Shown in pieces: positions 60,298-64,000 of a stretch of DNA of 64,000 nt (positions are counted from its first letter, which is position 1; the number at the start of each line of letters is the position of its first letter). Position numbers and translations under genes: made by a program. Source of the stretch: Gnetum montanum (taxonomy: Eukaryota > Plantae > Gnetophyta); assembly GCA_015680685.1 (NCBI GenBank), contig MNCI01003467.1:964731-1028730 (forward strand). The letters run 5' to 3'. The notes beneath the pieces were generated by a model. The model saw only the letters and a list, made by a program, of their open reading frames with translations. It was not told the DNA's origin and did no database searches.

Positions 60298-62780
60298 ATG
60301 ATAGTCAATCAAACCCCAACTTCCTTGGTCAGTAACCTCTTTAACTTTACTAACTACCATGACATCCCAAAGTCGCTTCAGAACATAAATTTGTTCTACG
60401 ACTCCATAAACCCTTCAAGTGATGCCCATCAACATATACAATGTTTTGAAACTTCAGGCATCCACAACATTTTTGAAAACGATGTGGCATGTAGAGTATT
60501 TGTGACAACTTNGGCATCCAGAACATTTTTGAAAACGATGTGGCATGTAGAGTATTTGTGACAACTTTCAGAACCAAAGCAATCCAATGGTTTTTGATGC
60601 TCCCAAATGCCTCCATTAACTTATGGCAGGAGTTCAAAAATAAGTTTTTAACTCAATTTGAGAAATTCACAAGCCCTGCCATACCATCTAGCAACTTCAC
60701 CAGCTTAAGAAAGCTACCTGGGGAAAATGTTAAAGATTATAACCTTAGATTCCTTCATCAATTGGCCTATGTGCCATGGGAGATGCGTCCACAACCTGAT
60801 GGCATCCTCAACTTTTATCTCTCTACCATTGATCCATTCTTTGCCTATGCCATCAAATCAGACCCTAACATAATAGAAATACAGGGAGTAATGTCTAAGG
60901 CTGTGGAGCTAGAACAAATAATCCTTATGAACAGCATTCAAACCCAGTTTGGAATGATGAACGTTAGTAATCCTATGCAACATAGTCCCCTACCAACTTT
61001 CCCAATGACCAAAACTATGTTCCAAACTCCTATTCCCCTTCAAATGACTCAAGTAAAAAATAGCTATTTTCAAGGTCCCACATTTTCTCCATTGCTACCA
61101 TCTAACACTGGTTTGAATGAAGATCAATCAAAGACCTTAATTCAGTCCATCATAAACCCAAACGAGGTACCTAATCCTATTGAACCCCAAACTCGAACTC
61201 AAGATCAAATGACCCGGATATTAACTTCACTTCAAAAAATTTCCAACGAAGTAGTTGAACTAAAGAAAAACAACAACAAGGATCCTATACAACAAGAAAA
61301 GCCTAGTTCATCAGTCAATGACAATTATTGTTGCCTCCATAACACTAGGAAACATTCTGAGAACACTTGTCCCCAATTTTTAGCATTATACGGTGACAAC
61401 ACCCAATATCAACAAAATGGAAAATCTTCTGTTATGATTTTTAATGTACATCATGAAACAGAAAATGAAGAGGTTTCCTCATTGGAGCAAGTTATGGCAA
61501 ACAACCTAAACCCACTTAATTCTTGCTACCATAGACTTAAAGACATCATGAACAACATACAACAACAAACTAGGAATGAACCTTACACTTCTCTAAACAG
61601 AAGAGCTCCTAGTCAAAGTAACACAAATACTCAAACTAAGCCATCCCAAAAAAATGCTCCACAATGATCAAACCCACCTTCTATACTTAGAAGTACTCCA
61701 TCTCAACAAGAAGCTAAAGATAAACACAAGACTTACGATCTAGTTGAGGATTTGAAGAAAACCAAAGCTAACATCTCAATGTATGACCTTTTACAATTTA
61801 ACGGAATGAAACAGATAGTTCATACACTTGAAACTAGAAAAGAAACAACCCCAACCCTTGAAAGGCAAGTTCACTTCATAGAAAGTCCTAAGACATCATT
61901 GGTAAAAAATGTAAACAATTCCATGATGAGTGAGAAAGAGCAACCTCCTTTTTTAACAACTCTAATTATTTTGGAAAAGAATGTTTACAATTGTTTGATG
62001 GATTCTGGAGCAACTGTTAGTGTCATGCCACTTGAGGTATGTAAGGCTTTAGGAGCACAAATGATACCATGAACAAAAAGTGTGATTCAACTTGATGGGT
62101 CCAACGTACCTATAGTAGGGTCATTAAAAGGAGTGAAAGTGCAACTTAAACAATACCCTACGTTCACATGTTACACATATATCCTAATATTTGATATGTT
62201 GCCTACCTATGGTGTGTTGCTATCTAGGACTTTTGGAGCCAAGTTTGGGGGCTTCTTTAGGTTAGATTTCTCAGAGTTATTAATCCCTATCAAAGGAAAA
62301 TCTAAGTACATGACCATACCTCGAGAACCCTTCTGCAAACAAGTAGTTATAGCCTTGGATCAACAAAATCAATCTTTGGAAAATAAAAATGCCAATTTTT
62401 ATGTTGGGGTTCATAAGGTTGAGTGCAATGAACATGTTGAAAATGACTATGTGAATGGAATTACAAAAATAAATCTTGTCTATCATGTAGATTCCATCCA
62501 GTCTTATCAAAATTCTAGAGAAGGTGAAGAAAGCTATGGAGACATCTTACCTTATCAACAACATGATGGATTTCGTCTAAGTGATCCACCACCTTTAGGG
62601 GAAGATAACGATATAAATAAGACCCTACCTCTTAAAATAGTTCAAGGTGTGCTAAATTTTAATAACACATCCATGGAACATGCTCCTAGAAAGGCTATAT
62701 TTGATGACCCCCAAGACCTACACCTACCATTGAAACTTATATCAAAGAAAAAATTGATAGAAAATAAACAAGCAAGTTAA
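60298..62780 (+). pseudogene. gag: gag-protease of Tat-like family B (few stops)
   Basis: DVACRVFVTTFRTKAIQWF..LP..SINLWQEFKNKFLTQF (gag core); YCCLHNTRKHSENTC (Cys/His knuckle); CLMDSGATVSVMP and YGVLLSRTF (aspartic protease). Confidence 0.9.
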
Positions 62781-62839
62781 TATTAGGTCTTGATTTTCGT
62801 AATCTTAAGCATCAACAATATCTTGATAGGAAGTACATT

Positions 62840-63050
62840 GGTGAAGACCTTAAGATAGGAGACCTAGTCTCAGAACAAGGTAGAACATTTGACCAAGAAA
62901 ATCTTCAAAATAAGTTCTCTCCTATGTGTTCATGCCCATTCTTAATTAAAGACATCATTAGCTCCAATGTGTACAAGGTTGCTGATGTTCAAGGACATAA
63001 GTTACCTAGAAATTTTAATGCATGCATTCCATCCAAAGAATTTCTACTCA
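62840..63050 (+). pseudogene. Integrase C-terminal GPY/F remnant
   Basis: LKIGDLV...KFSPMCSCPFLIKDIISSNVYKVADVQGHKLPRNFNA resembles GDLV...KF.P.W.GPF....Y.L....G..L....N. Confidence 0.7.
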
Positions 63051-63683
63051 GGTGCCCCACGTGGACACCTAGTAGATTCTGAGTTGCATGTTTTCTTCCT
63101 CTTTGCCATGAATTTCCTTTGTATATAGTTGCATTTGGATATTTTCTATGCACTTCCATCATTTCTCTCTTGGCATACTATTTTGATTTTTGTTTTGCAT
63201 ATGATTTTAGTATCATTATGATCTTTTGAGTTACTAGGTGTTGGGTCATTAGAACACGATTTGAAAATAATGTGAGTATAATCCTTTATATAATATTTCT
63301 AGTACTATTACATACAATCTCTTTTATACTATATATTTGAATAATGCTTTGATTCTTCCTGGTCTTTTTCAAGGTTTTAGTTTCTATAGTTATGCTGGAT
63401 TATGGAGTATGAGATTTGTCCTAACTTATCATGTAATCATCATGATCATGTGAGTGTAGGATAGGTGATGTTGGAGAATGGTTGGCCATAATCACTAGGT
63501 GACCTTGGAAAACCACACTTTTCCTCTCATAAGCTCTAGCCCTCAAGTGTAATGATCCATGATTACCCTATGAACAATGGGGTGAAGTGTGTTCATTTCC
63601 ACTTGAGAACCCTTAGCTACCCAGGAGACCTACTATGATGCTATCAAATTGTAATTAAAGGCACATACATGAGGGTTCAACTG

Positions 63684-63859
63684 CACCATGGGCAAAGTTT
63701 CCTCAAAAAGAAAAAAAAAGGGAATGAGGACCGTGTTCATTGGTAGTGTAGCTAATCAGCCAGGCTTGTGTTGGAATTCCTACCTTAAGAATGAAGTACA
63801 CCATGTGCAAAGTTTCCTAAAAAAAATGGGGAATGAGGACCATGTTCATTGGTAGTGTA
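63684..63859 (+). repeat. ~65-bp direct repeat, 2 copies, in the family B 3' region
   Basis: caccatg.gcaaagtttcct(a)n ggaatgaggacc.tgttcattggtagtgta at 63684 and 63800. Confidence 0.8.
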
Positions 63860-64000
63860 ATAAGTTCTTAAGTGTGATGGGGTCAGGCAACTATCCTCAC
63901 CCTAACCTCCATTTCCCCTATTGAACCTATTTTCCAAGAAAAGAAAAAAAGGTCTAAGGAAAAATCTGAAAGTTATTGTAACGACAGAAAACGTCGGCAG

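Noticed and set aside
60457-60567. 55-bp duplication causing an apparent gag frameshift
   Set aside because: Straddles a single N at 60512; removing one copy joins ORFs 60298 and 60540, so probably an assembly artefact.
63977-64000. tgtaacgac... as the start of a new LTR
   Set aside because: Only 24 bp visible at the window edge.

Overview
AT-rich eukaryotic DNA, most likely from a land plant, made almost entirely of nested, decayed retrotransposons; I found no host gene, RNA gene or CRISPR array. It holds Tat/Ogre-like Ty3/gypsy copies (RT-RH-aRH-INT), an Athila-like element with an extra ORF, two gag-protease-only gypsy derivatives, three solo LTRs with TSDs, an old L1 fragment, and a Ty1/copia element split by three insertions. 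The standout is one of those insertions: a GC-rich L1-type LINE (49468-54908) inside a 15-bp TSD. After ORF1 and ORF2 it carries a decayed extra reading frame, which I read as an Athila-ORF/Transposase_32-like domain, a Pro-rich linker, a UIM-like motif, a coiled coil and a C-terminal DnaJ J-domain with an intact HPD. All domain calls are by-eye motif recognition; no searches were run, and boundaries without a TSD are approximate.
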